Of a stretch of 64,000 bases of DNA, positions 11,595 through 25,751 are shown in pieces. This DNA is from the human T2T-CHM13v2.0 reference genome, Homo sapiens. The stretch is taken from assembly GCF_009914755.1 (NCBI RefSeq), contig NC_060927.1. One strand, given 5' to 3'. Numbering within the stretch: the first letter of the stretch is position 1; every line of letters starts with the position of its first letter. The notes below the pieces were generated by a model. That model saw only the letters and a program-made list of their open reading frames with translations, did not search any database and was not told where the DNA came from. A program made the position numbers and the translations under genes.

Positions 11595-14104
11595 CTGAAA
11601 ACGAAACAAATGTACCGTATCCATTAAAATCTAAAAGCGTATGGAAGATAATGCTTTCTTTTTCTAACTAGTAATACTTGATTTATTTTATCTAACACTT
11701 TAGAAGTTGGGCTCTATCATATATTGATTTGTATTCTGCCACTTTGTTTTAAATGATTATGTTCCAGGTAAAATGGAACAACAATTAAACGAAGAATGGA
11801 AGATGGCATATATATATGTGTGCAAACAAGAAGTTTTCTCCAGACTTTATTATTTTTCATTTTTCTTTCATATTGGAAACAGATAGATAAGTAGAATACT
11901 GTTCCAAAGTGAAAGCAGTGAAGTGTGGAACTGCCTGCCCCTGTCAAATTGATAGAGTGAAGATGTTGAATGAGATAATGGAAACTTTCTATTCAATGAG
12001 GACTGGCGTAAAGAAAGCATTTCTAGTCATTCATCAGCATTGATTGCCTTAGTGCTTGTGGCAGAGATCAGAAAGTAGGCTTTACAAAGGGAAACTAAAA
12101 CAAGTACAATGATCCACTTTGGGAAGTGCAGTTGTCTTTGCTTACCATTTAGTAAATAGCAATCACAGTACATGGCAACAAAAGCACAGTCAAGTCATTG
12201 AACGCCGAGCATGACAGTGATGTAGGTGGATATTTCTTCCTGTATTTCTGGCCCTGAAACTTATGAATATTTTAGTCTGGTAACTACGAACACTAAGTGA
12301 GTTTATTTTTTTAATCGTGTTTAATTTAGAAGATTTTTATTGCTTTTTTTTTCCTAATCATTTCTGATGATCAAATCTTTAAGAATTGTTTAATTTTCAG
12401 AAAACTTTCATGATAAATAGCAACACTAAAATGCAATTTAGTGAACATGTGTGAGCCTGCATACTGTAATTTATTTTCTGTAAAGGAGGTATTGAAAATA
12501 TGGAAATGATGCCTTCAGTAGTTTTCAGTTTTATTTTCCTTTAAACATTTACAAACTTTATATGCCACAAAATATGTACATATTTTTACTGCACTGAATA
12601 AATGTGGTAGCTCATACATTGCTTTTGAGCAATTTATACTAGCAAGATGAAGTGGAGAACTGAAACAATTATCCAAATCACTCAAACCAAAGGAGCACTC
12701 TGGCCCCAATCATTTAGATACAGAATTTCAAATCAAAGTGTTTCTTTGGCTTGAATGATATGGACAATTGTCTCAGTGCTACATTATCACTGACTATAGA
12801 TTTCCAATCTGATTATGGGTCTAACATAAGATGGAAAAAATAATAACATGTAATTGTGTTTTGAGAACTTGGCTCATTCCAAATTCGTTGTGCCAGGGTT
12901 TCCTAGTGCAGACACAATCTAAAGGTTAGTCATCTTTTGAAGATGAGTCAACTCTTAAAGCCACTCGAGTACTATTTAGAACAAAGAAGAAACTCTTTCC
13001 CTGGTTAGTTTGCCTCTTCAAGAGTCCTGTTTGCTTTAAAATTTTTTAAATATTTTTTTCTGAAATAAATAATGTTCTATTGCTCAGTAGAATATAATAA
13101 TCTCTGCAATCAAAACAATGTAGTTTCCACAATCAATGTGAAAAAATGATTTAAATTAGTTTGGCATGAATATATGTGATTATACTAGATCAGTAATTTT
13201 AGTTTGACTTATTAATTTGTATATAATAATAAAGCAAAAGCCTAAGTATTCAGGCAGTGATTATAATTATTTTGATTATTGACACACACAGAAGGAACAA
13301 TCTCCAAACCAAATCCTGTTTAATTGCTTTATGACACCATCTTTGTCTTTTGGAAATATCTGCAAAAGGTCTGGACAAATTTTTGAAGTGCTGATAGTTT
13401 ACTCTGTGTTTAGGATATTTATTTCATCTAGAAAAAAGTAGACAGATCCTCAACATAACTAAACAAATGTCTGGCATGATGATGGCTTTATTTGAATTTG
13501 TAAGTAATTGTAGCTGTTGTGTTGTGTCTAAAATGCACCTGTCACATGAGTACTCCATGAAATACATGGTGCCTGCCAGTGGTTCACAGTTGGTTTTCCA
13601 CCTTTGACAGACATTCACATTTGCAAGACACTGCTATGGGCTGCACCTAGTAAAAATAATCGCAGATTATTTGCAATTTCTACTACACTGTTTTCAGTTT
13701 ACCTTTTATTCTCAAGCAGCTTAGTGATGGGTATCATCTTAAAGCTATTCTAAACTCTAAATTACTTGGAAAGTAAACTATTCACAAATTATAGTTTTTA
13801 ATCTATCATTAGTAACGAATTCTTTGTTAAACCTTGTGACTCCACGATTGTGGAACAGAGGTCCTAAGATGAATCCGTGAGGATATCTCTAATCAGTGGA
13901 GTTTGCAATCGGTTCTCAGAAATCTTACAATTAGCCGTGACTCCTGCGCTCCAGTTTGAGTAACTGGAAAGAATAGTTGTGATTTTTTTCATTTTTGATG
14001 AAGAAAAATATGTGTCTTATTTTTTTGCTTTCTCTTTCCATTGTCCTTTTCTATTATCCCTAATTTCCATATTGCTTTTCTTTCTCAACAGACATGTTTT
14101 TACA

Positions 14105-14421
14105 TTTTTCTTTCTTTCTTTCTATTTATTTATTTATTTTTTGAGAAAGAGTCTCACTCTGTCACTCAGGCTGGAGTGCAGTGGCAAGATCTTGGCTCAT
14201 TGCAACCTCTGCCGCCTGGGTTCAAGGATTCTCCTGCCTCAGCCTCCTGAGTAGCTGGGATTACAGGCATCTGCCACCAGGCCCAGCTAATTTTTGTATT
14301 TTTAGTAGAGACAGGGCTTCACTATATTGGCCAGGCCGGTCTTGAACTCCTGACCTAGTGATCCACCAGCCTTGGCCTTCCAAAGTGCTAGGATTACAGG
14401 TGTGAGCCACAGCGCCTGGCC
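14105..14421 (-). mobile_element. AluS (Sg-like)
   Basis: Full reverse-complement Alu with (TTTC)/(TTTA) tail; tgacctagtgatcc shows the 2-nt deletion of Sg/Sc/Y while keeping ttggccagg. Confidence 0.95.
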
Positions 14422-15964
14422 TCTGATCAGTGTTTATCATAATTGCTTCCAGTTTCTACTCAGTTAAGTGTAACACCTCTTTTGTGAATCACTATTCTAA
14501 TTATTTTCTATCCTTTTTTCATTTCTCATTAATAATTATTCTCTTATGAAATATTTTCTATGGCCTTCAGTGAGTATCCTATTTTTATTTTCTATAAGAT
14601 AGTAAGTTAATGTTAATCGAATGTTCATATATTAAATCTAGTAGTTCATTTGCTTAACAGCCACTAATTCTTACAAAGATCCTGAGATAGTATATAAATT
14701 CCCATTTCAAGGGAGTTTTTAAAGTTCACATTAAATTATTTAACTTACAGAGGACCATGCAGGTATTTTTTTGGCAATTCAAATATTTCTAAATTAAAAA
14801 CAAAACAAAACAAAGTCACCTTTTTCCCCTAATCTAATGCCCTTTAATGAGAAAATCATGAAATCTGTATTTCCACGTTCTTATTCCTAACTCTTGTCTG
14901 ACCCTTTATGGCATCATTTGAGATTTTGAAGACAATAATCATGTTACACTCAATAATTCTCTTTAGGTGAGACACTTCCACATCTTTAAAAAATATGACA
15001 GAAATTTCATTTATTTCACCTTTTCTCCATTTACATCTTTGGCTGGTAACTTAAGGAACTTCTGAAAATGTTATGTCCAAAATGTCTGCAATTATATAAA
15101 TAAAGCCTAAGGATGCATTTGCTTTTAGAACTATGATATTAAACCATATTAAATTTCAGGGAAATAAAACTGCATAAATTCAAGTGAGGCCTAATTTCTC
15201 CTGACTTAAATGATACATTAGGCATTTTAACCCAATTTCAGGATTTTAATTTTATTCATATTACATATTATAATTTTCTAGAGAAATTTTTGAATCTCAA
15301 TTTTGGCATCCAGCTGTCTAGACTCTTTATGATATGCCTTTTCTGACATCAGTGAAGTCACTGATTTAATATGCTTAAGAGGACAAAAGCAAGGACAGAT
15401 GAAACCAAGTTGACATGGATTCTTTATTCAATAATAGTCCAGTTTTTTATTTAATAAGGCTGAATTGATTATATCTTCTTGAAAAAATTCATAATAAAGC
15501 CATGATAAATGATATATTTTATTTGAATAGTTTTAGAGTACACAAAGTGTTTTTGTATAAAGGCTCTAAATTTATCTTCCTTAAAACTCTTTGAATTAAG
15601 CAATATTATCTGACTTCAACAGTGTAGAAATTGAAACTCAGAGAGTGAAATAACTTATCATGAATAATAGTTTTGCAAAAGGTAGAACTGGGAAAGAAAC
15701 ATCCTGATATCCAGGAAACTTTCCAATACACAGTTTTGCCTCCTAAATGACTGCCTCAAATTTGAGTTGCCGCATCTATTATTTTTATAGAACGTATAAG
15801 ATCTACACAGACACTTTCACAATGTGAGGATAAAATCAAAATGCATTGATTTAAAAAATGTTAAATCATTTTCAAAATGTCATGTGTAAATATGATGTAT
15901 TTACTCTGTATGTGTATGTGTAAATATGATGTGTAAATATGATGATTATTACTCTGTATTTATC

Positions 15965-16280
15965 TTTTTCTTTCTTTCTTTCTTTCTTTTTTGTTTTGGA
16001 GACAGAGTCTTGCTCTGTCGCCCAGGCTGTAGTGCAGTGGCGCGATCTCAGGTCACTGCAACCTCTGCCTCCTGGGTTCAAGTAATTCTACTGCTTCAGC
16101 CTCCGCAATAGCTGGGATTACAGGCACACGCTGACATGCCTGGCTAGCTTTTTTGTGTTTTAGTAGAGATGGGGTTTCACCGTGTTGCCCAGTCTGATCT
16201 CCAATCCTGAGCTCAAGTAATCTGCCCACCTTGGCCTCCCAAAGTGCTAGAATTACAGACATAAGCCACCGCACCCAGCC
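15965..16280 (-). mobile_element. AluJ-like with degenerate 15-bp TSD
   Basis: ctgagctcaagtaatctgccc and ttgcccag diagnostics; flanks tctgtatttatcttt (15953-15967) and tgtgtattcatcttt (16281-16295) match 13/15. Confidence 0.95.
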
Positions 16281-17649
16281 TGTGTATTCATCTTTATAGT
16301 TATCTATACCATAACCTATGCCTCTGAGAAGAAACACACACACATACACATATATAAAACACAAATCAATAATAAAATCTAATCCTTCTAAATGTTTCGT
16401 ATAGTACCATACCAGGTGTTTCACATACAATATTTATTTTAATCTTGTCATCCATGTTATATTGTTTAACTGGTAACCATAATCTTTATTTTAGAGTTGA
16501 GAAAAGTAAGATTTAAAGAGGTAATTGTATTTTGAGTTCACATAGTGCCATTGTAGGATGAAAACACATCTCCATGACTCCAGTGCCAGTGCTCTTCCAC
16601 ACTAACATTTGAATACTATTTCAGTAAATTACTGTTGTCTAAAACAATACTAATATTCAAGAATCTATTCCAATTTTTTTTCTAATAATTACATCAATAT
16701 CAACCTCTTCTAATTTGTAATTATCACTGGTCTATTTTGCAAATTGGAAACTTCATCATCTCAAATATTTTGGAAAACATCAGAGACATTTTCTGTTTTT
16801 CTGAGATTTCAAAAAAATCAAGAATAATGACTTTCCGTTTAAATATGCAACTATATTTTAAAAATAATTTGGAATGTGTCCTGAATGTTTAAATTCCCTC
16901 AAAATGCCTATTTGTTTTATTAGTATGTCTTATTTCTCTTAGGTATCATGCTTCTGACTTTTTATTTTTCTCTCTCATTTCTTATTTCTACTTTATTCAT
17001 AGGGAAAATGGAGGGAAAATTGGAGTTAGAAAATTTTTCAGGTTCTCCGTTATCGTTCATTATGAAAATATCCACCTATGGGCCTGACCTTTCTTTGCTC
17101 CCTGCTTATAACCATAGTTGGAAGAAAATTATGACAAGTGGCATTTCTTTTGTTTTGCTGTAAAAGCTCAGCACAGACTTTCCTATTAATTCTGCTGACC
17201 TATCTTCAAAGCTCCAAACCTGTGTTCTGAGTAGTATTCATCAACACCCAAACCTATGCTCATCATTGTTCCTTGTCGAAACATGCTGATTATGAGGCAA
17301 TGACTGTTGAAGGAACTTGTTTTCATTTTAACTTTATTCCTTCCATAGGTTATTGCTTTACAAATGTTTTATGCCACATAATAGATAAAATGCTACTTCT
17401 TCAGACAATCGTATATCAGAAAAATACTATACTAATTATATCATATCAACAGTAAAATTGTTTATTCCTTTTCTTTGGGACTATTCTTTCACTTGCCTAG
17501 TTTCTGGCACTGTTTTTGCTTGACTTCTGTCTCCTACTTTGGACTTTCTTCATAGATTATTGTTAGTGTTGCCAGCCAATTTAGGGACTATTTATTCTCT
17601 ACACTTAATTTTGAAACAATTAATTTGTGCTAGCAGATCTGTGTAACTT

Positions 17650-17918
17650 CAGAGCACACTTAAGATATAGCATTTCCACCAAACAGATATAATAATCATA
17701 TATAACTATGGAACATAAGTAATGGTATAGTATAGTAAATAATTAGAAAGTTATGAGGTTGGAGTATGTATTATTTGTTTTAAATATAATTTAAATTTTA
17801 CATTGAATGTAATTTAATTTTAAATAATGGTTATGTTTGACAAGAAGTTGGCCAAATTCCTGAAATTTTAATAACTGGCTATTTCAAGCCAATACCAGTT
17901 GTTTCTAGCATCTTACTA
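17650..17918 (-). mobile_element. MER63-like hAT DNA transposon fragment
   Basis: catttccacc...aataattagaaagttatgag...aattcctgaaattttaataactggct...ctagcatcttact resembles the reverse complement of the MER63 5' part. Confidence 0.7.
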
Positions 17919-18295
17919 GAATATAATAAATCCTGACTTTGCTAAGGACTTTTCTGGTGTGTTATTTAACCTCTCTGAGCTATGAGTTTATTCATCAGCA
18001 CGAATTAGATAAAATAACATATGTAAAGCTCTTAGAACAACATTCAGAATATGGTAAGTACTCACTGGCAGATATTGCTGGGCTCCTATTGTAAGAAAAA
18101 TATTTAAATAGGTTATAGCAAGAAAATACAGAATCCACATTAACTTTAAATTTGCATATTATAACCATAATGACAAAACTTTAGATCTGTTGCTTTATTT
18201 CAAAATAATACATTAAAATATTTTTTAATTAATTTTTACTTATTGAGCTATTTTCATCTCTAATTGTGAATGTACTATCAAGGAATATTTTTTTT

Positions 18296-18687
18296 TGTGT
18301 TAGTATTTTTATGCTGCTATAACAGAATACCACAAAGAGTAATTTATAAAAGATTAAAGTTTATTTGGCTTATGGTTCTAGAGGCTGAGAAGCCCAGGGT
18401 TGAGGGACCTGTGTCTGTTAAGGGCCATCTTGTTGTGTTATTCTATGGTGGAAAGAGGAAGGACAAGAGAGCATGAGAGAGAGAGCAAGAAGAGGTTGAA
18501 CTCATTTTTATAACAAATCCATTCCCGGAGTAACAAATCCAGTCCCTCAAAATGGACATTAATTCATGCATTAGGGCAGAGCCCTCATGAACTAATCACC
18601 AATTAAAAGTCCCACCTCTCAATACTTTTGCTTTGGGGATTAAATTCCCAACACATGAACTTTGGGGGACACATTCAAACCGTAGCA
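18296..18687 (-). mobile_element. MSTD-like ERVL-MaLR solo LTR
   Basis: tgtgttagt...gctgctataacagaataccaca...ggcagagccctcatga...tttgggggacacattcaaaccgtagca; about 390 bp with TG...CA ends. Confidence 0.88.
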
Positions 18688-20289
18688 CTCATGAATAATA
18701 TTTATAGATTTTTTTCTAAAGAGACATTTCAAAATATAATGCCTAAGGTGAAGATTCCAAATTATAGTGTAATATGTAGAACACTTTAAAACTTTAAATG
18801 GGAAAAGTAATTCCTATTCATAGCTTTCAGTTTTGCTAAACTACTTTCTTTGTATCATATAATAAATATATGTTTTTCCAACCTCCTTTTTCTGCCCTCC
18901 AGTATTAAGTCTGAAGAGACTTTATTATTCATTCACATGTTCGAAGGTAGCTGTTTCTACCTTAATAGAGCCAAAGTTGTCAACTTTTCAAACAGTAACT
19001 TGTTTTCTATGCCCTTAGGTTTGAAAGAAAATAGTCTCATAATGGAAAAATAGTAAGCTGACTTTCTGAATGCATAAATGTCTCGATTCTTCATCACGCT
19101 ATGCTCTGTTACCTGTCTGTAGGTGGTGAGATAGTCTTCTAACAATAGGAAATGGAGTTTGCGGATAAATATGCCATAAATAAAAATATTTGCTATTTCC
19201 CATTGGATTTTTGCAGTCTCAAAACTGAGCTCTTCAAACTTGGAGATACTACTCTCACCTGAAATTGTTTTAAATTGTAAATAAAAGTAAATGAATTCAA
19301 ATGTGATATAAGGGAGAGAAAATGATTTTATGACTATTCAGTTCAAAATATTTTGAGCCATTTCCAAAAAATATATGGGTTATAGTAGATAATAGATTCA
19401 GACTGTGACAGATGTCTGACAGGTAAAAAGGTTGTTTTTATAATAATTAGGCTTCATATTACTAATCATAGTGTACCAATACTGATAAACCATAATACCA
19501 GGGCAATACCAGATTAATTTATTCTCAATTTTTAAATGATTTATCTCAATGATAAGGTGATAATGAAGAATTATTTTTATGAAACTAGAGTCAAGACGGT
19601 AAGGTTTTAACTGCCTCTGTATATGTCTTGCAATACATAGATATCATTTTATTAAGTAGAAATATAGGAACAGATATAAGGTATTTCACATTGAACTGTG
19701 CTTAATGATCTATTTTCATGGCATTCCTTTGGGTAATCAGCAATTTTATTGCTTTAATATTGTAGAAGTTCTAGATTAGTTTTGAAGGACAAATAGAGGG
19801 GAAAGCCAACATCAGATCAATGACTTGACATTGCTAGTCAACTTAAAGCATGAAAACATCCATTTAAAAATCTAACTAGCAGCTCTTCATCAGCAGTCAA
19901 CAGCAGTACTCTAATTATGTTGAGAAATCTTCCAATGTATTAGAGAATTTTTCTTCATCAAGGAATGTGCATGGGGATTTAATATTATAACCTAGACAAA
20001 GACCAAATGAGAATAACATATTTAGAGAAAGGTATAATGAGTTATTTTTTCCAAAATGTTATGAATAAATTGCAAATGTATATCTTCATTCTAAATTCTG
20101 TATCTAGAGTGAAGCTGAAAGATTAACCATAATTTGAAGCAAAAACTCATTTCTCTACATAGTAGGATTTTTAATTATCTTATCACTCTCAGTACAACTC
20201 CCATGAGAAATGTTGAGTAAAATGTGAGACCTTTTGCATGTAGGTAGCGTCTGAAATGTGGTTTTGTCTGGTTACAGTTGGCATTTAAG

Positions 20290-20680
20290 GATCTGCCTTC
20301 ACCTCCTCTTTGCCGTTTTTTCAAACATGCAAGGCACACTCTTGCTCATTTAAAAAAAATATTTTCTCCTCTCTCTTCCATAAAATCTCCTCCTTTGAAC
20401 TCTCCATGTCACTGCCTTATATCCTTCAGATAGTTACTCAAATGTCATCCTCCCAGAGCAGAAACCCACCATATTTAAGATTGCCATATTTATTTAGTTT
20501 TGGTCTTCTTATCTTCCATTATGCAATGTGTTTTACTTATTTATTTTACTTATTATATTATCTTCCTTTCACAAAATAGAAAGTAAGTTCCATGATGGCA
20601 GGGATTTTTTTTTACTGTTTTTCCAGCCCTTAGAGCAATGTCTGGTATATACTATGTTAAAAATTAGTTGAATGAACTAA
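20290..20680 (+). mobile_element. L2 3' end
   Basis: tagaaagtaagttccatgatggcagggat...ttagagcaatgtctgg...ttagttgaatgaa. Confidence 0.75.
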
Positions 20681-20894
20681 TAATATGCCTGATGCAAGCT
20701 GAGGAGCTCGTAATTGGACATAAACAAAAACTGACCCTAGAGTTTATTAGTGATAACAATAGCCAATTTGAGATTTTTAGATATCTAGAATCAAAGGTTT
20801 AAAATATTTTCTTGGAAATAGGCAGAATACATTTATCTTATAATTTAAATGTCCTAATTCTTATTATCAATGCAATTTATTTTGGTTCATTACA

Positions 20895-21240
20895 TTCGTT
20901 CATTTGTAAAGTCATGTATTGAAAGGGTATGTAAAACTCCTACAATGTATTAGGCACTATGTAAATGCCATGGATATATTGGAGTGTGTGACTAGTAAAA
21001 GCAATAGGTTTCAGATAATCTTACAAAAATATGAACTTACAGATGTTACCAATGCATTTTATTAAAATGTATAATAAGGTGATCTGACTTAGTCTGGGAT
21101 ATCAGGGAAAGAATTCCTGAGGAAGTGACAATTGAACCGATGTCTTAGGATGAACTGGTTTCTAGGTAAAGCAAAAATGGCAGAGTAGGATGTGTCAGCC
21201 AGGGGAAAAAAACACGTGCAAAAACCTTATGGCAATTTAG
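20895..21240 (-). mobile_element. L2 3' fragment
   Basis: cattcgttcattt...taggcactatgtaaatg...cagggaaagaattcctgaggaagtgaca. Confidence 0.6.
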
Positions 21241-24200
21241 AGAAACTTGATATGTTGTATTCATTCCTATGAATACAAATAATTTTATTTAATTTAAACT
21301 ATATTTGGATTAAAATGATTTTCATTAGGATTTACCTAGTGTGGCATATTTGTGACATTTATTAATATTTTTAAACTAAATTGATTAAAGGATGACTCTT
21401 CCTTGAAAAATGAAAGGTTTAAATACTAAAAATTTTATTAATAATTCCTGACAATCAGGAGGATATATATTGTCCACAAATTAGTATTTGACAGTTCAAT
21501 TTTGTAAATTGAAGATTTTACTACTTTAATAAATTTGTGTGCATATTATAAAAATCCCATCTAAGCAAAGAACATCACAAATTTATAAAGGATTTAAAAA
21601 TTGTAATGCAAACATACATATATACTCTCACTTAAAATTCAAAAAAATGTAAGCAATTGACTGAATGCCATATTACTAATGAAGAACCAGAAGCCTAATG
21701 CATTCAGATTTATGACTTCAAGCCTGGTGATTTATCTCTACCATGTTTCCAGAATTACTTGCCATCATGAAGAAAATTAAAACTAAGGAAAATCAATAAA
21801 ACTATGTTCTATAAGGGGAACTATTAAGATATGAAGTAAAATATTTTTATTACTCTATAATGCTCTCAGTTTTGATTACATTAAAAGTATTCTCTAGTTT
21901 ATAAATACATTATTATTACTAGTTTGTAAGAAATCATTCTTCAAATTTTGGAATGAAACAAAATTGCTATCTAATTTTACATTTAGAAAATAAACAACAG
22001 AAACAAAAATCTAGTGCAGGACCTCAACCTTAATAAATGTACTAAAATAAAATAAATTGTTGCTTTGATTAGAAATTAAAAAGTAGAGAATACTAGGAAT
22101 ATTGCCATATAATGAATGAAATTAACACAAAATCTAGGGAAACATTTTTAAAGACTGTAATAAAAATTAAGCCCAGGATTCTAATAATAAAAAATAATTT
22201 GATTATTTCACTCTAAACCCCACGAAGGTGATCTGACAGAACACCAAATGTCACGGAATTATTTTTAGTTATTCATTTACACTGTGACTTTGATATAAAG
22301 TTAACAGCACCTTGAGAATTCGCTATTTTTTTACTTGAAAAAATAAAATAGAAAAGTATGTACTATAAAAATTTTCAGAAGGAATATTGACAGATTACAC
22401 CCCAAAAAGTAAATTAATTAATCAATAATTTGTCTTAAATGATGAAGACTTAATACTCCAATAAATGTATTAACATAAATCTGAGTATCTGTGGAAAATA
22501 GTGTTTAAAAAATGACTCACAAACTCTAAGTTCCTTCCATTAGGATCCCTTGGTTAATTTTATAAACAGATATTTGTTTTGTATAGTTAGTTTAACATTT
22601 CCCTATCTCTTGTGTACTGAGTCAGAGATCATTCTACTCCTACTCCAGGACTTGTCTCTCAGATCACTATGTTCTATGTGACAGAAAGACAATCAAAAGA
22701 CATATGGCATTAACAATTCTCAATTTTACTTCCTGTTTCTTTTGAGGCCGAATCAATGCAAACCATCTGTCTCAAGTAGAAAATGAACATTTTTAATTTT
22801 CTTCTTTTTGAAACCTTTTCAGTTTATATTTTTGTTTTTTGTTTTATCTTTGTTGTTGTCACTTTTAGAAATGCTTCAAAATCGTACTAGATGTATTATT
22901 TGCTGAATTGTTTTTGTATTATATTGTAACCCACAATATCGTTTACAGGCAAAATAATGGTATATCATGAGACACTTAGGTTCCCGGGGAAAAAAGAAGC
23001 ATCATCTTCATCTATAAATAGGTGTTTTTCAGGTATCATAGAGCTTGAGATCATCTATTGTGCCTAAAATCTTCCAGAATTTTATTAGCCTCTTACAATT
23101 GCCTCAGAAATTTTACTCCTAAACCGCTCTCTGAATTTATTGACCTGAGATAAAATATTTTAAAATGGAATCAGTCCTATAGATGCACTCAGTAATAAAA
23201 TTCATAATTAAATACTTTATAAAATGGGATATTCAGGGAATTGCCAGAATATTCAGAGATAAATAAAGAATCAAGGAAAATCTTAATTTTAGTTAATTCT
23301 CTAAGGTCTGGTTTGTCACCATATCCATCTGAGGAAAAACTAAAATATCCAGCTCTATATATGCATATGTTCTAGATGTATAGCATAGTCTAGACATTTT
23401 GTGTTTCATAAAGAGATAAAGCGTTCATATTTTGTACCTAGTCACACCCATCATGCCTAAAACATTCTGTTCAGAATACTAGCCTTATTTTATTAGGTTC
23501 CCTTTTAAATTTCATGGCTAGTATGTATGTGATCATGCTATCTTGCCCTGTGTTCCATTCAGACTTTAGCATCAACAGTTCAAATCTGTGAAGCTGGCCA
23601 TGATGTGGTGAGATAAAAGCCTGAGTGGTTTCTGATTTCCCATCAACCCTAATGTAAACCTAGCAAGCAGAAGGAACTCGAATATCTGGTTCCCATTGTT
23701 TGTCCAAGGGCATAAAAAAGCTCACTATTAAGTAGAACACTTATGTGCCACTCATTCCACACATATCTATAAATTTGGCTAAAGGAAAATAAAAAGAATA
23801 TCTCATATCAAAACATTGACTGCTTCTAAGTGCTCCTGCCCCAAATATAAATTTTATGAAAATGTTTACATGAAGCATATTTCTTCAATGAGTATAAACA
23901 TGAAACAATTTATTAGAAATAATCATTGTCATGTGTGATGCATGGATTCAGGTTTTCTTGCTTGTGTTTTTCAATTTTCCATTTTAAACTGGGGAAGGTT
24001 AATTGCTGTTACCCTTTCATGTTTCTTGTTACACAATCACTCTGACTGAAACACCATATGAAGTTTTAGAACCTAGCAGTGTCCGGATCAAAGTCAATGT
24101 CATCTAAAGAGATGAACGATTAGCAGTTGATCTTGAGCAAGATAGCTTCCTAAATGGAAAATATGTAAGAGTGAATTCAATCTCTAATTTGAATCATGCT

Positions 24201-25751
24201 GTATGTTAAAACCTTTTGAGTTGTTTGTTTTGCTATAATCTTATGTTTGCTCTTATATTATTGGAAATATTTATTTGCAGAAATAAATATGAGTTTACTG
24301 TACTCATCAAGGACAAAGTAAATTTTTATGAAATGATTTATTATCAAAATGCCTTAATATCTTTTAGAACACAGAAATCTGATTCAATAATTTGTTAGAA
24401 TTAGGAAGCATCATCATAGAAAGCAATATACATAGTATAATTGGGTCATAAGTTTTGAAACAGAAGGCGTTTCCCAAATCCTCCAACCTATTTTCTTCGT
24501 GTTATAGAAACAGAATTAGAGACACACGGAGCATAAGTGAGTTGCCTAAGGTCATGATGCTTTATAATGGCAGAACCAGAATAATAACCATATCTCCTGC
24601 CTCTATCTCTAATTTGTCAGGCCCAGGTGTCAAAATTTGAATAGCACATACAGTAACTCAGTCATTCCCAGACTTTAGAGCTTTATATATCTCTTAAATT
24701 AAAAAAAAATAAGTAAAATCTGTAAAATTGGCATAGGGTTTTCAGAACTGTATTTCACCTAAGACAAAACCCAAAAATAAAATTAAACTGTCAAAAAAGA
24801 ACCATTGTCTTTTGATTATCCCATAATAGATGTTTTATTACTACCCAAAAAGAAAATAGGGATTACTTAATAGCAAAGAAAATCCATTTATATTCAATAA
24901 ATATTCTAAAAACTGTACAGCTTATTATTTCATTCTTCTGTCATATCTCTGAAACAAACAATATCTCAAAACCTGCCAACACTATTTCATCTAACATTTG
25001 AGAACTGCTGTTCTAAGTTATATGGTCTTAAAACTACTCAGAGAAAAATGCTGGGCAGTTGTCCATATTTTATAGATAAAAAAAAAAGGGTTTGCTGCTA
25101 ATGATCCAAGGTCACAGGGCAAGAAAATAACAGAGAAAGGCATGGAAATGACAGAGTCCAAGCCAAAATGGAATGTTATTTCCACTTATCAAACACCCTC
25201 AGAAAAAGAGGGAAAAGAAAATCCTTTCCTCATTTTAAGAGAAAATGTTTAAAGTGGAGTAAAAATATGTTATGAAAATGCAAGCCTACACAAAATAATC
25301 TTGCTAGTTAAGAGCATATACAATTCGTTGTACCACATTTTCTTGATGAAAAAGAAGTATGTTATTATATGCCATTTTAAATCAAATTTACTTCTTTTAT
25401 TCTGAAAAAGAAAAAAAGATAAAATCAGGTTATTGTTAAGAGAAAAGGCACCTGTTTATACAGTTCTATTCAAACAACTTTCTATAAAAATGCTTATTTT
25501 CTCAAACTGGAGAAAATAATAGAAGAATGATATTAAATACAGAAACTTAAATTTATTTTAGATTCATAATTATGCACAGATACAAATGCCATATTTTGTC
25601 TCTTCAGTGCCTCAGCACTAGAACAGAACTACTAAAAACAGTACCAGTTGTCATATGGCTTACTTTCTACGTTTATGTTTACAATTACTGAGTTATATCA
25701 CTTCACCAGTTGAGAATAGGTTCTTTCAGAATAAGCCAAAGTTTCTCCTGT

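Noticed and set aside
14950-14975. Recursive-splice-like ttctctttag|gtgaga on +
   Set aside because: Short pyrimidine tract and non-optimal donor; expected by chance in 64 kb.
19100-19132. 3-nt GTG micro-exon-like signal (ctgtag GTG gtgaga)
   Set aside because: Interrupted pyrimidine tract and weaker donor; no other support.
23563-23607. 45-nt + strand exon-like segment (TLASTVQICEAGHDV)
   Set aside because: Mediocre splice sites and an unrecognised peptide.
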